Source: Candidatus Saccharimonadales bacterium (GTDB taxonomy: Bacteria; Patescibacteriota; Saccharimonadia; Saccharimonadales; DASZAF01). From it: a stretch of DNA of 64,000 nucleotides. How positions within the stretch are numbered: position 1 is the first letter of the stretch; each line of letters begins with the position of its first letter. A model generated the notes under the pieces. That model had not been told where the DNA came from. It worked only from the letters and a program-made list of their open reading frames with translations, and ran no database searches. Both the position numbers and the translations under genes were made by a program. The DNA is taken from the NCBI GenBank assembly GCA_035480055.1, contig DATIIB010000007.1, positions 4,360 to 68,359 on the forward strand, in the 5' to 3' direction. Below, one piece after another: positions 26,674 to 35,885 of the stretch.

Positions 26674-27839
26674 TTCTGATCGCTAATCCAGGTAGCGCGA
26701 GCCGTAAGTACGCCCTGTTTCGGGCCAAAAAAATCGTGGCCGAGCTTCATTTTGAATATCGCGACGAGCGCGTTATCTGCACCCTTACCCATAACGGAAG
26801 TCGCGTAGAACTCCCAGTGGAACTACCCACACTCAAAGATGCGACCAGTCATGTAGTGCAGTTTTTTAAGGATCAGCATATCCTTACCGATGAAACGCCG
26901 ATTGGCGCAATCGGTTTGCGGGTGGTAGCACCGGGCGCGTTCTTTTTGCAACATCGACAGCTGGACGAAGCCGCCATTTCGCAGCTGGAAGCACTGGAGG
27001 CACGCGCGCCGCTGCACATCAAAGCTACCTTGACTGAGTTGCGGTTGCTGCGACGGCATTTTCCTCATACGCCAATCTTTGGACTTTCCGACAGCGCGTT
27101 TCACCACACCAAACCAGATTACGCTTGGAACTACGGCATTACTTTGGCAGACGCTGACCAATTTGATATTAAACGCTTTGGCTACCACGGCCTTTCGGTC
27201 GGCGCCGCGGTCGAGAGTTTGCGCAAAGCACACAAGCTGGCACCCAAAACGGTTGTCTGCCACATGGGTAGCGGCATCAGTGTCACCGCGGTGCACGAAG
27301 GTCAAAGCCACGACACCACCATGGGATATTCCCCGCTCGAAGGACCGCTCATGGCCACCCGTAGCGGCAGCGTTGATTACAGCGCTATTCAGGCACTCAA
27401 AGAAGCTCGCGGTTTTAGCACCAGCGAACTCGAAACCTATCTCAATGCGCAAAGCGGCCTCCTTGGTCTGGGCGGCTCATCTGATGTACGCGAACTTTTG
27501 CAACGCGAAGCACATGGCGACCACTACGCCGCACTTGCCTTAAAAACATTTGTCTATTCAATCCAAAAAGCCATCGGCCAGATGAGCGCCGCGCTAGGCG
27601 GCATGGATCTGTTGGTGCTTACTGGCACCATTGGCGAACGTTCGGCGCCGATTCGTCAGCGGCTCGTAGCTGGGCTGGGCTATCTGGATTTTTTTGTTGA
27701 AACTAAAGCCAATCACCATTGTACCGACCCCCAAGAAGCCACAATAATCAGTCGCCTGGCTCACTCCCGTCCGGTATACGTCGTGCCAACCAACGAAGCC
27801 ACCGAGATGGCTCGTCATCTACAAGAGCTGCTTAAGTAA
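26655..27839 (+). CDS. ackA: Acetate kinase
   Basis: 394 aa, with a 19-nt overlap with xfp. Motifs: LILIANPGSASRKYALF, FGYHGLS, CHMGSGISVTA, GGSSDVRE, LVLTGTIGERS. Confidence 0.9.
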   Translation: MAVAPLILIANPGSASRKYALFRAKKIVAELHFEYRDERVICTLTHNGSRVELPVELPTLKDATSHVVQFFKDQHILTDETPIGAIGLRVVAPGAFFLQHRQLDEAAISQLEALEARAPLHIKATLTELRLLRRHFPHTPIFGLSDSAFHHTKPDYAWNYGITLADADQFDIKRFGYHGLSVGAAVESLRKAHKLAPKTVVCHMGSGISVTAVHEGQSHDTTMGYSPLEGPLMATRSGSVDYSAIQALKEARGFSTSELETYLNAQSGLLGLGGSSDVRELLQREAHGDHYAALALKTFVYSIQKAIGQMSAALGGMDLLVLTGTIGERSAPIRQRLVAGLGYLDFFVETKANHHCTDPQEATIISRLAHSRPVYVVPTNEATEMARHLQELLK

Positions 27840-27883
27840 GTTACTCCGCAACGGTAAAGAGTCGATCAACCAGCGCATAGATT

Positions 27884-28912
27884 TTACGCCGCAGCCTGCA
27901 CCTCGACTGGCGCCAGATCTTTGCTGCCAGCCTGGCCGCCATCCACCGTCTTGATCGTATCGCCAACTTTAACCTTCACTTGATAGCCGTCGCTAGGGTC
28001 ATGAACGAAAAACAGTTTGGTGCCATCTCGACTCCAACTTGGATCGCCCGCATCACCGGGAAGACTTTGCGGATGTGTCACTTGCACCAGCTGATCGGTC
28101 TGAAGATTGAGCGTAAAAAGCGTATCAGGCCCATCGGGCTGCCCAGGTGCTTTGGCAATGAAGGTCAGGCGTTTGCCGTCCGGATTCATGGCCGGATACC
28201 AACCCCGAACGATATCGTGTTGTGGCCCATGTATGAGCGGCGTCGCCGTTTTGGTCACAATGTCTAGCTTATACAGCTGCACATTTTTGCCTGTTCCCGA
28301 AGTAATAATCAGATGCGTCAGATCACCTGGCATGGGTTCTGGCTTCCATTCTTCGGTGTCGTGCATGGCCGGCGTCAGGTTGTGCGAATCGCTCCCGTCG
28401 AGATTCATCCTGGCAATATCGCCTTTACCATCATCCTTGTCAGTTTTGTAGATAATTTTAAGCCCGGTTGGGGTTTGCATAAAAACCGGATCGTAATTAT
28501 CAGCGACATTAGGATTCAGAATGTGCGAAGGATGCGCCGGATTCTTTAGATCAAGCATGGCGATTTGTGGCGGCTGGCCTTGGCATTCCTGATAATATAC
28601 CAGCTCGCTGTTGTCGGGCGACACCTCAGGATTGTTCTCATCGCACGAACTGTGCGTTAAGTTTTGCAGCGCGCCAGTTGCCAAATCTTCCTCGTATAGG
28701 TCAAAGTTGCCCGAGCGATTAGAGGCGAAGATGATCGCCTCGGGTGGACGAATGGGCGTGAGTGCACTGGCGCTGGGCGGCGAGTCTGAAGATGGAATTA
28801 CTGCCCGCTCGTGACTCGTCGCTGAACAAGCTGCAACTGCCGCCAACGAACCTATCGCCACGAAGCATTTGGCTATCCTTACGTACTCACTGCCGGGCGT
28901 GACGGTTTCCAT
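27884..28912 (-). CDS. TolB-like beta-propeller lipoprotein (PD40/WD40-like repeats)
   Basis: 342 aa. Lipobox SLAAVAAC; PD40-type repeats IIFASNRSGNFDLYEEDL, SPDNSELVY and WSRDGTKLFFV. Confidence 0.7.
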   Translation of the reverse strand: METVTPGSEYVRIAKCFVAIGSLAAVAACSATSHERAVIPSSDSPPSASALTPIRPPEAIIFASNRSGNFDLYEEDLATGALQNLTHSSCDENNPEVSPDNSELVYYQECQGQPPQIAMLDLKNPAHPSHILNPNVADNYDPVFMQTPTGLKIIYKTDKDDGKGDIARMNLDGSDSHNLTPAMHDTEEWKPEPMPGDLTHLIITSGTGKNVQLYKLDIVTKTATPLIHGPQHDIVRGWYPAMNPDGKRLTFIAKAPGQPDGPDTLFTLNLQTDQLVQVTHPQSLPGDAGDPSWSRDGTKLFFVHDPSDGYQVKVKVGDTIKTVDGGQAGSKDLAPVEVQAAA

Positions 28913-30783
28913 TGTCTGATTGTAGCAGACGGCACGGCTTGCGTTCGCGGACGGCCACCCACCACATTAACCACTGGAATGACCATTGAACTTCGAGCGG
29001 TGTGCGCAAACAAGAATGCAGCCACCGTCTCTTTTACCTCTTGCTTGAATTGGTCTGAGGCCTGCCGCTTAAACTGCTTCGCAACCAAAGATCGTAGCTC
29101 GCTGCGGAGCGCGCTCATTAAAGCTTCGTTGTCGCGTACCGTGATAAACCCGCGGCTAATGATATCTGGACTGGTCAGCAATTGGCCGGAGCGCTTGTCA
29201 ATGGTCAGCACCACGGTCACGATTCCTTCTTGGCTCAGCAGCAACCGGTCTTTCACCACGATTCCCGCAACAGTCCCTCCATTTTGATCCACCAGCACGC
29301 TGCCATGTGGCACATGACCAACGCGTTGCCATCGCTCGGCGGAAAGGGAGATGCTCTCGCCATTTGCCGCTTGGATAATTTGCGCCGGCTTCCAGCCTTC
29401 TTGCATGGCGATTTCGCCGTGATACTTGCGGTTCAGTGCTCCACCATAGATGGGTACAAAGAACTTGGGCCGCAGTAATTGCAGAAGTTCGCGATGTTCC
29501 TCGCGGCGAGCGTGGCCACCCACATGCAGTGGACCGCAGCCATCAACTTGATGGCTCGGATTGCGATAGAGCGTCACGCCTTTGGCCGCAAGATCATTGC
29601 CCAGTATTTGGTAGCGGACTCCATTGCCGGGAATGGGATTAGAGCTAATCACCACAGTGTCGCCAGACCGCAGGGTAATGAGTTTATGCTCCCCATCTGA
29701 CATGCGTTGGAGCGCAGAGCCGGGCTCACCTTGGCCGCCAGTACAGATAACCAACACTTGTGTATCCGGAATGTTTGGCATCTCGCGGAGTGGCAGTACT
29801 GTGTCTTTGGGAATCTTAAGAATACCTTGGCGCACCGCGATCTCAGCGTAATTCATCATGCTGCGTCCTTCTAGGGCGACGCGTCGGCCGGCAGCTGCGG
29901 CAGCATTAATGATCATCTGTATACGGTTCATGTTGCTGGAAAAGATCGAGATAAAGACTCGGCCATTGGCTGCGCCGATCACATCGTGAAAGCTTTGCTG
30001 CAGAGTGTGCTCGGTGAGTTGGCGCCCGGGAATATCGGCGTAGGTGCTTTCGCTGAGCAAAGCCAGCACGCCTTCGTCGCCAAGGTGCCGTAGCCTGGCA
30101 ATATCGGTTGGCATGTGGTCTAGCGGTTCAGGATCAAGCCGAAAGTCACCGCTATTGATGATCCTGCCAACCGGCGTGTCCACCACAATACAACTTGATT
30201 CTGGCACCGAATGCGTTACTCGCACCAGCTCAATAGTAAACGCTCCAAGCGGAAGCCGCTCATGCGTGTCCATGTTCATGGGCATCAGTTGCGGCGCAAA
30301 GTCCAGGCCGGTATCCGCTGCGGCATCGGCAAACGATTTTTCGACCACACCAAGCGTAAAGGGCGTGCCAAAAATCGGCGCAGGGTATTGCGGCACAGTA
30401 TGTCGCAGCCCGCCCAGGTGGTCCAGATGCCCATGGCTAATGACATATCCGCGAATTTTATGTTTAATACTTTCCAGATACGTTACGTCGTTAACCGCAT
30501 AATTAATGCCTGGCAAATCAACCGAAAGGTCGTTGCCACAGTCCAAAATCAGCGCATCATTTTGCCATTCAATCACCTGCATATTCTTTTCGCCAACCGC
30601 ATCCTGGCCACCCAAAAAAGTAATTTTGAGCGACCCAGGCAAAAGCGGCGATTGTCTTTTTGGCGCAGTCACTGCGTGGTGATTCACCTGGCGATTCGCT
30701 CTATCGAGCGTTCGTTGCTGCGAACGGGCCGCGGCAAAGCGAGCCCTATGCGGCCCAGAGGGAGTTTTAGTATGTTGGTTCAT
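28879..30783 (-). CDS. rnj: Ribonuclease J (metallo-beta-lactamase/beta-CASP)
   Basis: 634 aa. Motifs: VISHGHLDHLGG (HxHxDH), the beta-CASP region, and GHARREEH near motif C. There is a ~70-aa basic N-terminal extension. Confidence 0.88.
   Translation of the reverse strand: MNQHTKTPSGPHRARFAAARSQQRTLDRANRQVNHHAVTAPKRQSPLLPGSLKITFLGGQDAVGEKNMQVIEWQNDALILDCGNDLSVDLPGINYAVNDVTYLESIKHKIRGYVISHGHLDHLGGLRHTVPQYPAPIFGTPFTLGVVEKSFADAAADTGLDFAPQLMPMNMDTHERLPLGAFTIELVRVTHSVPESSCIVVDTPVGRIINSGDFRLDPEPLDHMPTDIARLRHLGDEGVLALLSESTYADIPGRQLTEHTLQQSFHDVIGAANGRVFISIFSSNMNRIQMIINAAAAAGRRVALEGRSMMNYAEIAVRQGILKIPKDTVLPLREMPNIPDTQVLVICTGGQGEPGSALQRMSDGEHKLITLRSGDTVVISSNPIPGNGVRYQILGNDLAAKGVTLYRNPSHQVDGCGPLHVGGHARREEHRELLQLLRPKFFVPIYGGALNRKYHGEIAMQEGWKPAQIIQAANGESISLSAERWQRVGHVPHGSVLVDQNGGTVAGIVVKDRLLLSQEGIVTVVLTIDKRSGQLLTSPDIISRGFITVRDNEALMSALRSELRSLVAKQFKRQASDQFKQEVKETVAAFLFAHTARSSMVIPVVNVVGGRPRTQAVPSATIRQWKPSRPAVST
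28919..28929 (-). promoter_or_regulatory. Extended -10 promoter element TCTGCTACAAT placed 6 nt upstream of ATG 28912 (leaderless-type)
   Basis: The reverse complement of 28919-28929 is TCTGCTACAAT. The identical 11-mer occurs at 41599-41609 and 51947-51957, always on the coding strand of the downstream gene. Confidence 0.5.
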
Positions 30784-31038
30784 AAGTTGTTCCTTTTGTT
30801 ATTTTTTCGAATGTAAAAGTTGCCACGTAAAAACGCGGAGCTTAAAAGTAAGTACTCAAACAAGGTTTGGGTGTTGCCTTCCAGAGGGAAAACAAAGTTT
30901 AGTTTTTAAAAAGAAGTTTTAAGCTACATGGATGATACCAAATAAATACGCTTATGTCAAGAAGCACGTACTTTTTTGGCAGCGACAAAGAGCTATAGCC
31001 CCCTAGACACCCTATTTTCACAATGATACATTACTAAA

Positions 31039-33246
31039 ATGTTATATGACTATGGTGACACAACCACGGATAGTGGTCTGCCTCAAGAGCGGTTTGAAAG
31101 CCCTAGGGACGCATCCGACACCAATGCTTTACAGCCATCTGAAGACAAAGAACAGGCCGAGGTGGAAGGTCGTATTGCGGCAAATTCCCTCCCAATTACA
31201 GCAGTAGTCGAAGATGGGGACGCCTTCGATGTGACAGCAACCGAGAAAGCAAAACAGCCAGCTTTTACTCCACCCCTTAAGGGTGCCGTACCTTTAATAG
31301 TAGAGATCCCGAAAGGTACACCCACACAGACCGAACAATCTGCCCAGGAGCCAGATCCTGAACTCACTCCCCTAGCAGACAAAGAAGTTGCACGTCGCTT
31401 CCTACCAAAGAGACATGCTGGTAAATCTCCCCAGGAAAATCAAGAACCTGCAGAGATTCAAGAAGATTCAGCCGAAACACCTCCTCCAGCGAGTGGTGCT
31501 GGCGAAGGCGGGGATGGCGGTAAAGAACCACCTCCGCCACTTTCTGGTTCGGGAGAGGAGGAAGAACCTGGGGAAAAAGCCGGCAAAGAAAAGCTAGTGC
31601 TCAAACAGCAAGGCGTCAGCGAGGCGGCGACACAGAGTAGACTCGGCCTCGAATTCCAAAAAAGCCGCTCAGCCAAGGATGAGGCAATTATTACTGGGCT
31701 GAAGGCAAAAGGAGCCAGCTTTGCGCAGGCGGCGGCATACAGTCGAGATACAAGAGAAAACCTTGCGAGAGTGACGAAACTATATGTTGAGCTTAAACCT
31801 ATAACCAAAGTTGTCACCAACACTCAGGGAATCGAGGAGAGACCAGGACGCACCGCAGCCAGTGTCGAAGCCTACGTGAGTGCCGAGAAACCTGAGCCTC
31901 GTGAGTTAGTGAAAATGGTGGATACCTTTGCAGACCAGTTGCTAAGGGGAGTTGCGACCCAAGACTTCGATATTGTAGACGTCATCATTGGCTCACATGC
32001 CTTTGAACAAGCAAGCAAAGCTATTTTCGCTACAGTAGCTTCAAACCATCCAGAGGAAGAGGCGGAGATAGAGACGGTTCGCCAAGCTTTAGTAGACCAG
32101 ATTACCTTCCGCCTCATGGATCAGGTGCCCTTTGAGCAAACGGTCCGACTCTTCCCGTGGGAGATTGAAGAGGTTGCCAAAGCCTCCCTTGGAAGCGACG
32201 CTGAATTCAGCGAGCGCACCATCGGTCGTATTTCAAGAAGCATGTTCGACCATGTGATTGTCACAAACTTAGCCGCCTTTAACGAACATATGGAAAGTAA
32301 AGAGGCATCGCGCAGGCTTCCCTCACTAACCCGCCAGCTTACTGCCGGATTAGCAGCAAGACAAGAGGAAGGAGGCCAGATGCCAACTCTGGTAGTAAAA
32401 GGTTCGGATATTGGCTTCCCCGCAGGCGTAGATATTATTATGGGTCATCCAGACGTATACGGCGAGCCGCGACCCGAAAATGAGAAAGTGATAGCAGACT
32501 TTTATATTGTAGAGTCGCGCGAAATACATCAGCTTCCAATCATGGAATGGGATGAGGCCGGGTTTAGAGTGATCTTTGGCGAAGAAGAAAAAGCTACAAT
32601 GCCACTCCGTCTTTTCGCAGACGGGAAGGTTGACTACGGCTGGCCACTATTAGGAGCTCCTCATCGACCTATCGATCCTATTTTTAGAGCGCTCAATGCA
32701 CAGGGTGCTCTGGACTACACCGTGTGCATACTCGCGGCGCTAGCCACAGACGCCACCGCGCCGCCCGAGGTCATAGAAATCGGAGGCGGACAGAGTGTTC
32801 CAAGGATTATCAGCGACGCCACCGCCGAAGGCCGTAGTGGCGGTGAGCTACTGGATATCATGGCTACCACGGTTATCCCTCAACGCATAGCAATAGTGCA
32901 CAACCGAGAGCATAGTGAAGATAGTGCCGGAACCGGTACGCCAAAGCGCTGGCATACTGCAAAGGCCCACGCCAGGATTCTCCGCGAAGGCTACAGGCGA
33001 AGTCAAGATAACTTGAACAAATACCTACGTGACCTTGAAACTAAACGCATTCAACCTTTACGCCCAGAGGATGACATGGCTATTCGCGAAGGAAGAAAGT
33101 CGTATGTGCCGCCTTCAGAGCGTGGCGATAAAAGCCGGGGAAGCGTGGTTTCCAGGCGGGCCAGACTTGGCGAAGGCGCAACTCGACAAATAACCGATCT
33201 AGGCCTCCCAGGGTCAGGCGATAGCGACCAATCATCCAGTGAGTAG
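31039..33246 (+). CDS. Large acidic hypothetical protein (ORFan-like)
   Basis: 735 aa with no signal peptide. The ~190-aa disordered acidic/Pro-rich N-terminus contains PPPASGAGEGGDGGKEPPPP, followed by a folded-looking ~500 aa. No family recognised. Confidence 0.6.
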   Translation: MLYDYGDTTTDSGLPQERFESPRDASDTNALQPSEDKEQAEVEGRIAANSLPITAVVEDGDAFDVTATEKAKQPAFTPPLKGAVPLIVEIPKGTPTQTEQSAQEPDPELTPLADKEVARRFLPKRHAGKSPQENQEPAEIQEDSAETPPPASGAGEGGDGGKEPPPPLSGSGEEEEPGEKAGKEKLVLKQQGVSEAATQSRLGLEFQKSRSAKDEAIITGLKAKGASFAQAAAYSRDTRENLARVTKLYVELKPITKVVTNTQGIEERPGRTAASVEAYVSAEKPEPRELVKMVDTFADQLLRGVATQDFDIVDVIIGSHAFEQASKAIFATVASNHPEEEAEIETVRQALVDQITFRLMDQVPFEQTVRLFPWEIEEVAKASLGSDAEFSERTIGRISRSMFDHVIVTNLAAFNEHMESKEASRRLPSLTRQLTAGLAARQEEGGQMPTLVVKGSDIGFPAGVDIIMGHPDVYGEPRPENEKVIADFYIVESREIHQLPIMEWDEAGFRVIFGEEEKATMPLRLFADGKVDYGWPLLGAPHRPIDPIFRALNAQGALDYTVCILAALATDATAPPEVIEIGGGQSVPRIISDATAEGRSGGELLDIMATTVIPQRIAIVHNREHSEDSAGTGTPKRWHTAKAHARILREGYRRSQDNLNKYLRDLETKRIQPLRPEDDMAIREGRKSYVPPSERGDKSRGSVVSRRARLGEGATRQITDLGLPGSGDSDQSSSE

Positions 33247-33253
33247 CTCAGAT

Positions 33254-33838
33254 CTAGTCTTCTGACCACACTTTCCTGGTCTCGCCAAGTTGCGTAATAC
33301 GCTCCTCCAGTTCCTGCCAGTCACGGACGCGCGTCACTCGTTCGGGAAGCTCATGAGTGTGATTGTAAGGTGTGTCGAGCAAGAAAAGATGCGGCACAAG
33401 AGGCACCAATTCGCCAAGCTGCGTCACGTCATCGTCCACATACACCTGAAAGCCATGCTCCAGGACGCGGCTTTTATCGCCGCCAGGACCAACGCTCACC
33501 AACGTATCCGGTGCTAACCAGCGCTCCTGAAGCCATTGGCGCGCAAACTGCACTCCTGCGGGTTGAATTCGAGTCACCAAAAAGACTTCGTATTGCTTCA
33601 TGAGTTTAGCCAGCCGCACCTGCCCAGCCAATGTGACAGGAGGGGATGCCAACATCTCTGACGTGCCCTACACTATATCCTGCAGTTTTTCATAAAGCTC
33701 AACCGGCATGGCGCTGTCGAGCGCTCTGAGTACGGCGTTTTCGATACGTAAGTCTATGCCAAAATATTTTTTGGCTACCCGCGTTTTGCTGTGTGCGTTG
33801 TTGATCACAACACCGTTAAGGTCAAATCCGATTCGCAT
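33254..33838 (-). pseudogene. HAD-superfamily hydrolase-like gene (NT5C/nucleotidase-like size) interrupted by one in-frame TAG
   Basis: ATG 33838 with strong SD GAGGAG. Translation reads MRIGFDLNGVV...PVELYEKLQDIV, TAG at 33668-33670, then the same frame continues GTSEMLASPP...EVFLVTR...GDKS...YVDDD... to 33254. The HAD motif I is degenerate (DLNGV). Confidence 0.5.
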
Positions 33839-33902
33839 ACTCACTCCTCTATATAGTCCCTATGATACCAAAATATGGTCTTATAATTTTGCGAGATATC
33901 GA

Positions 33903-33929
33903 TTGCTATTGCGCTTATTGTTGTATAAT
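33903..33929 (+). promoter_or_regulatory. Possible promoter for 33956 (TTGCTA-15-TATAAT)
   Basis: TTGCTA at 33903-33908 and TATAAT at 33924-33929. The spacer is short at 15 nt. SD AAGGAG follows. Confidence 0.35.
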
Positions 33930-33955
33930 AAAAGCAACATAAGGAGTACGAGGAG

Positions 33956-35863
33956 ATGACCCGTTTACCAAGCCCAGGCGCTGATAGTGGTACGTGGGGG
34001 AATATCCTCAATGACTACTTATCTCAATCACACAATAGCGACGGTTCGCTTAAATCCAGCGCAGTCACCGCCGCTGGCGCTTACGCCAAACCCGGCACGG
34101 GTATTCCCGCAAGCGACCTCGATACTGCTTCGCAAACCAACCTCACCTTAGCAAGCAGCTCAGTACAGTCTGTTAATACCAAGCTTCCCGTTACCGGGAA
34201 TGTTACCCTCGCAGCGACAGACGTCGGAGCTGTGCCGCTCACCACACCAACCGTACCGTCGGCTGTGGGTCTATTATGGAGTGACGAATTTACCGAATCC
34301 AGCATGTCCTACGCCACCGACACCGGCGGCGGAACCTGGCGCACCAAGCCTCACGAAGCGGGCGGTACATTAACCAATGGCTACACAGACTTCGCTGGTT
34401 CATCCTGGAACGTAAGCGCAGCTGACGCCACCACATACGGCGTGGTTACCATTGCCAGTTCGGTAATGACCATCAAAGCCAAACGCAACCCTGGCCTCCC
34501 CGGCGTGTCCAACACCTGGATCGGGGCGCAGCTTTCCACCAATCACCTTATACCAAACCTCACTTGGCGCTATGGTTACTTTGAATGGCGCATGAAATTG
34601 CCCAATCCTTCTCGAGGTATGTTCCCGGCGCTGTGGTTGTTTAACAATGATATTACTCGCTCCAGCGCAACAGCTGGCGCCGAAATTGACGTGATAGAAA
34701 TTTTTGGGAAGTCCTCAGGCAGTCCGTGGAACGCCGGCGTGCACTACAACAACGGTGGCTTGCAAGGAAGCGGCATCAAAAACGAACCAGTCGTGACCGC
34801 AAGCGATGATATTACGGGCTGGCATCGCTATGGGGTCGACTGGCAATCCGACCATATCACCTTTTATAAGGATGGCGCAGTAGTTGGCAATGTGTCCCCC
34901 GAGGGAGTGGTGTGGTTCCAAACGGCGAATCTTGGGATTCGTATGGACTATGTGATGGATCCGACTTTTGTGGGCGCAAGCGACCAATCTACGGTCAGCG
35001 ATCCGGCACCTGGAGTTACGCCGCAAATGGATGTCGACTATGTGCGCGTGTATTCTGCGTACCCGACAGGCATGGCCACTGGATCGGCCGACCCTTTGGC
35101 TACTTTGTCGCCAAGCACCACGTCCTCGCCGTCGCGAGTGCAAATCGCGCCCCTCGTTTCGGGCGAACCGGTTACCGCCGCTCCAATCAATGCGCTTATT
35201 GGCAACGACGTCGAGCACAACTCTCGCATCGTAACCCTTGAATCCAACACGCGGGTACAAACCGACGCTACCCAACAGATCCGCAAAATGTACGCCGCAA
35301 CTTCCGGCAGCCCAACCGTAGGCATTGACGAGCTCTACAACGCAGGTGGCAACCTTAAGTACCAACTGTCACCAGATGGCAACGGCCGCTTTGACGGCAC
35401 CGCGCTGAATGATCCCATCAGCAGCAATGGCTCTGGTGTCTTTGTGGGCCAAAAAGATGGCAACCGACGCGTAATAATGGTGAACGGCAACGCCGGCCAA
35501 GATGTACAACTCGACAACAACAACGGTACCTTCCGCTTAATTCAAAATACCGGCAGCCGGTTTGAAGTCAACACCAACCAGGCGACCTTTAAGGTTGGGC
35601 GTGTTATCTCTACCTCCACCGTCACGACAGCTCAAACGCTCTCATTAGGCAAGGAAATGATCTTCGCCAACTCTGCCTCGCCAATGACCCTGACGTTACC
35701 TTCTGCCGTGACGAGTGGGGCTGGCGCGAGCTTTTTAATTAAGAATCTTGGCGCTGGCACAGTGACCGTTGCTTCGGTTGCTGGCACTGTAGAGACCACC
35801 AGCATTGCGACAACCGTTGTAGTCCGCTATGTCAGCGACGGCACAAATTGGTGGTCGGTGTAG
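33956..35863 (+). CDS. Tail-fibre-like N-terminal module fused to a GH16 glucanase domain and a C-terminal beta-rich domain
   Basis: 635 aa. The N-terminus MTRLPSPGADSGTWGNILNDYL..SDGSLK is shared with 35886-37073. GH16 motifs: GAEIDVIEIFG (ExDxxE) and WHRYGVDWQSDHITFYKDG. Confidence 0.8.
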   Translation: MTRLPSPGADSGTWGNILNDYLSQSHNSDGSLKSSAVTAAGAYAKPGTGIPASDLDTASQTNLTLASSSVQSVNTKLPVTGNVTLAATDVGAVPLTTPTVPSAVGLLWSDEFTESSMSYATDTGGGTWRTKPHEAGGTLTNGYTDFAGSSWNVSAADATTYGVVTIASSVMTIKAKRNPGLPGVSNTWIGAQLSTNHLIPNLTWRYGYFEWRMKLPNPSRGMFPALWLFNNDITRSSATAGAEIDVIEIFGKSSGSPWNAGVHYNNGGLQGSGIKNEPVVTASDDITGWHRYGVDWQSDHITFYKDGAVVGNVSPEGVVWFQTANLGIRMDYVMDPTFVGASDQSTVSDPAPGVTPQMDVDYVRVYSAYPTGMATGSADPLATLSPSTTSSPSRVQIAPLVSGEPVTAAPINALIGNDVEHNSRIVTLESNTRVQTDATQQIRKMYAATSGSPTVGIDELYNAGGNLKYQLSPDGNGRFDGTALNDPISSNGSGVFVGQKDGNRRVIMVNGNAGQDVQLDNNNGTFRLIQNTGSRFEVNTNQATFKVGRVISTSTVTTAQTLSLGKEMIFANSASPMTLTLPSAVTSGAGASFLIKNLGAGTVTVASVAGTVETTSIATTVVVRYVSDGTNWWSV

Positions 35864-35885
35864 GGCCGATCACCTGGGCGAATAC

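Noticed and set aside
26823-27452. A 209-aa minus-strand ORF
   Set aside because: It is antisense to acetate kinase.
30044-30816. Plus-strand ORFs of 152 and 201 aa
   Set aside because: They are antisense to RNase J, which has strong HxHxDH/beta-CASP evidence on the minus strand.
33668-33670. Genome-wide stop-codon reassignment (TAG or TGA as a sense codon, as in some candidate phyla)
   Set aside because: TAG terminates gpmA (1526-1528), the RRM gene, CE4-2 and GT2-2 at the expected lengths. TGA terminates MFS, CE4-4, ThyX-like and Tmk-like genes, with coupled ATGA restarts. The standard code fits everywhere else.
34715-35365. A 216-aa minus-strand ORF, and other overlapping ORFs between 34912 and 35523
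   Set aside because: They are antisense to the GH16/tail-fibre-like gene, whose frame carries clear GH16 motifs.
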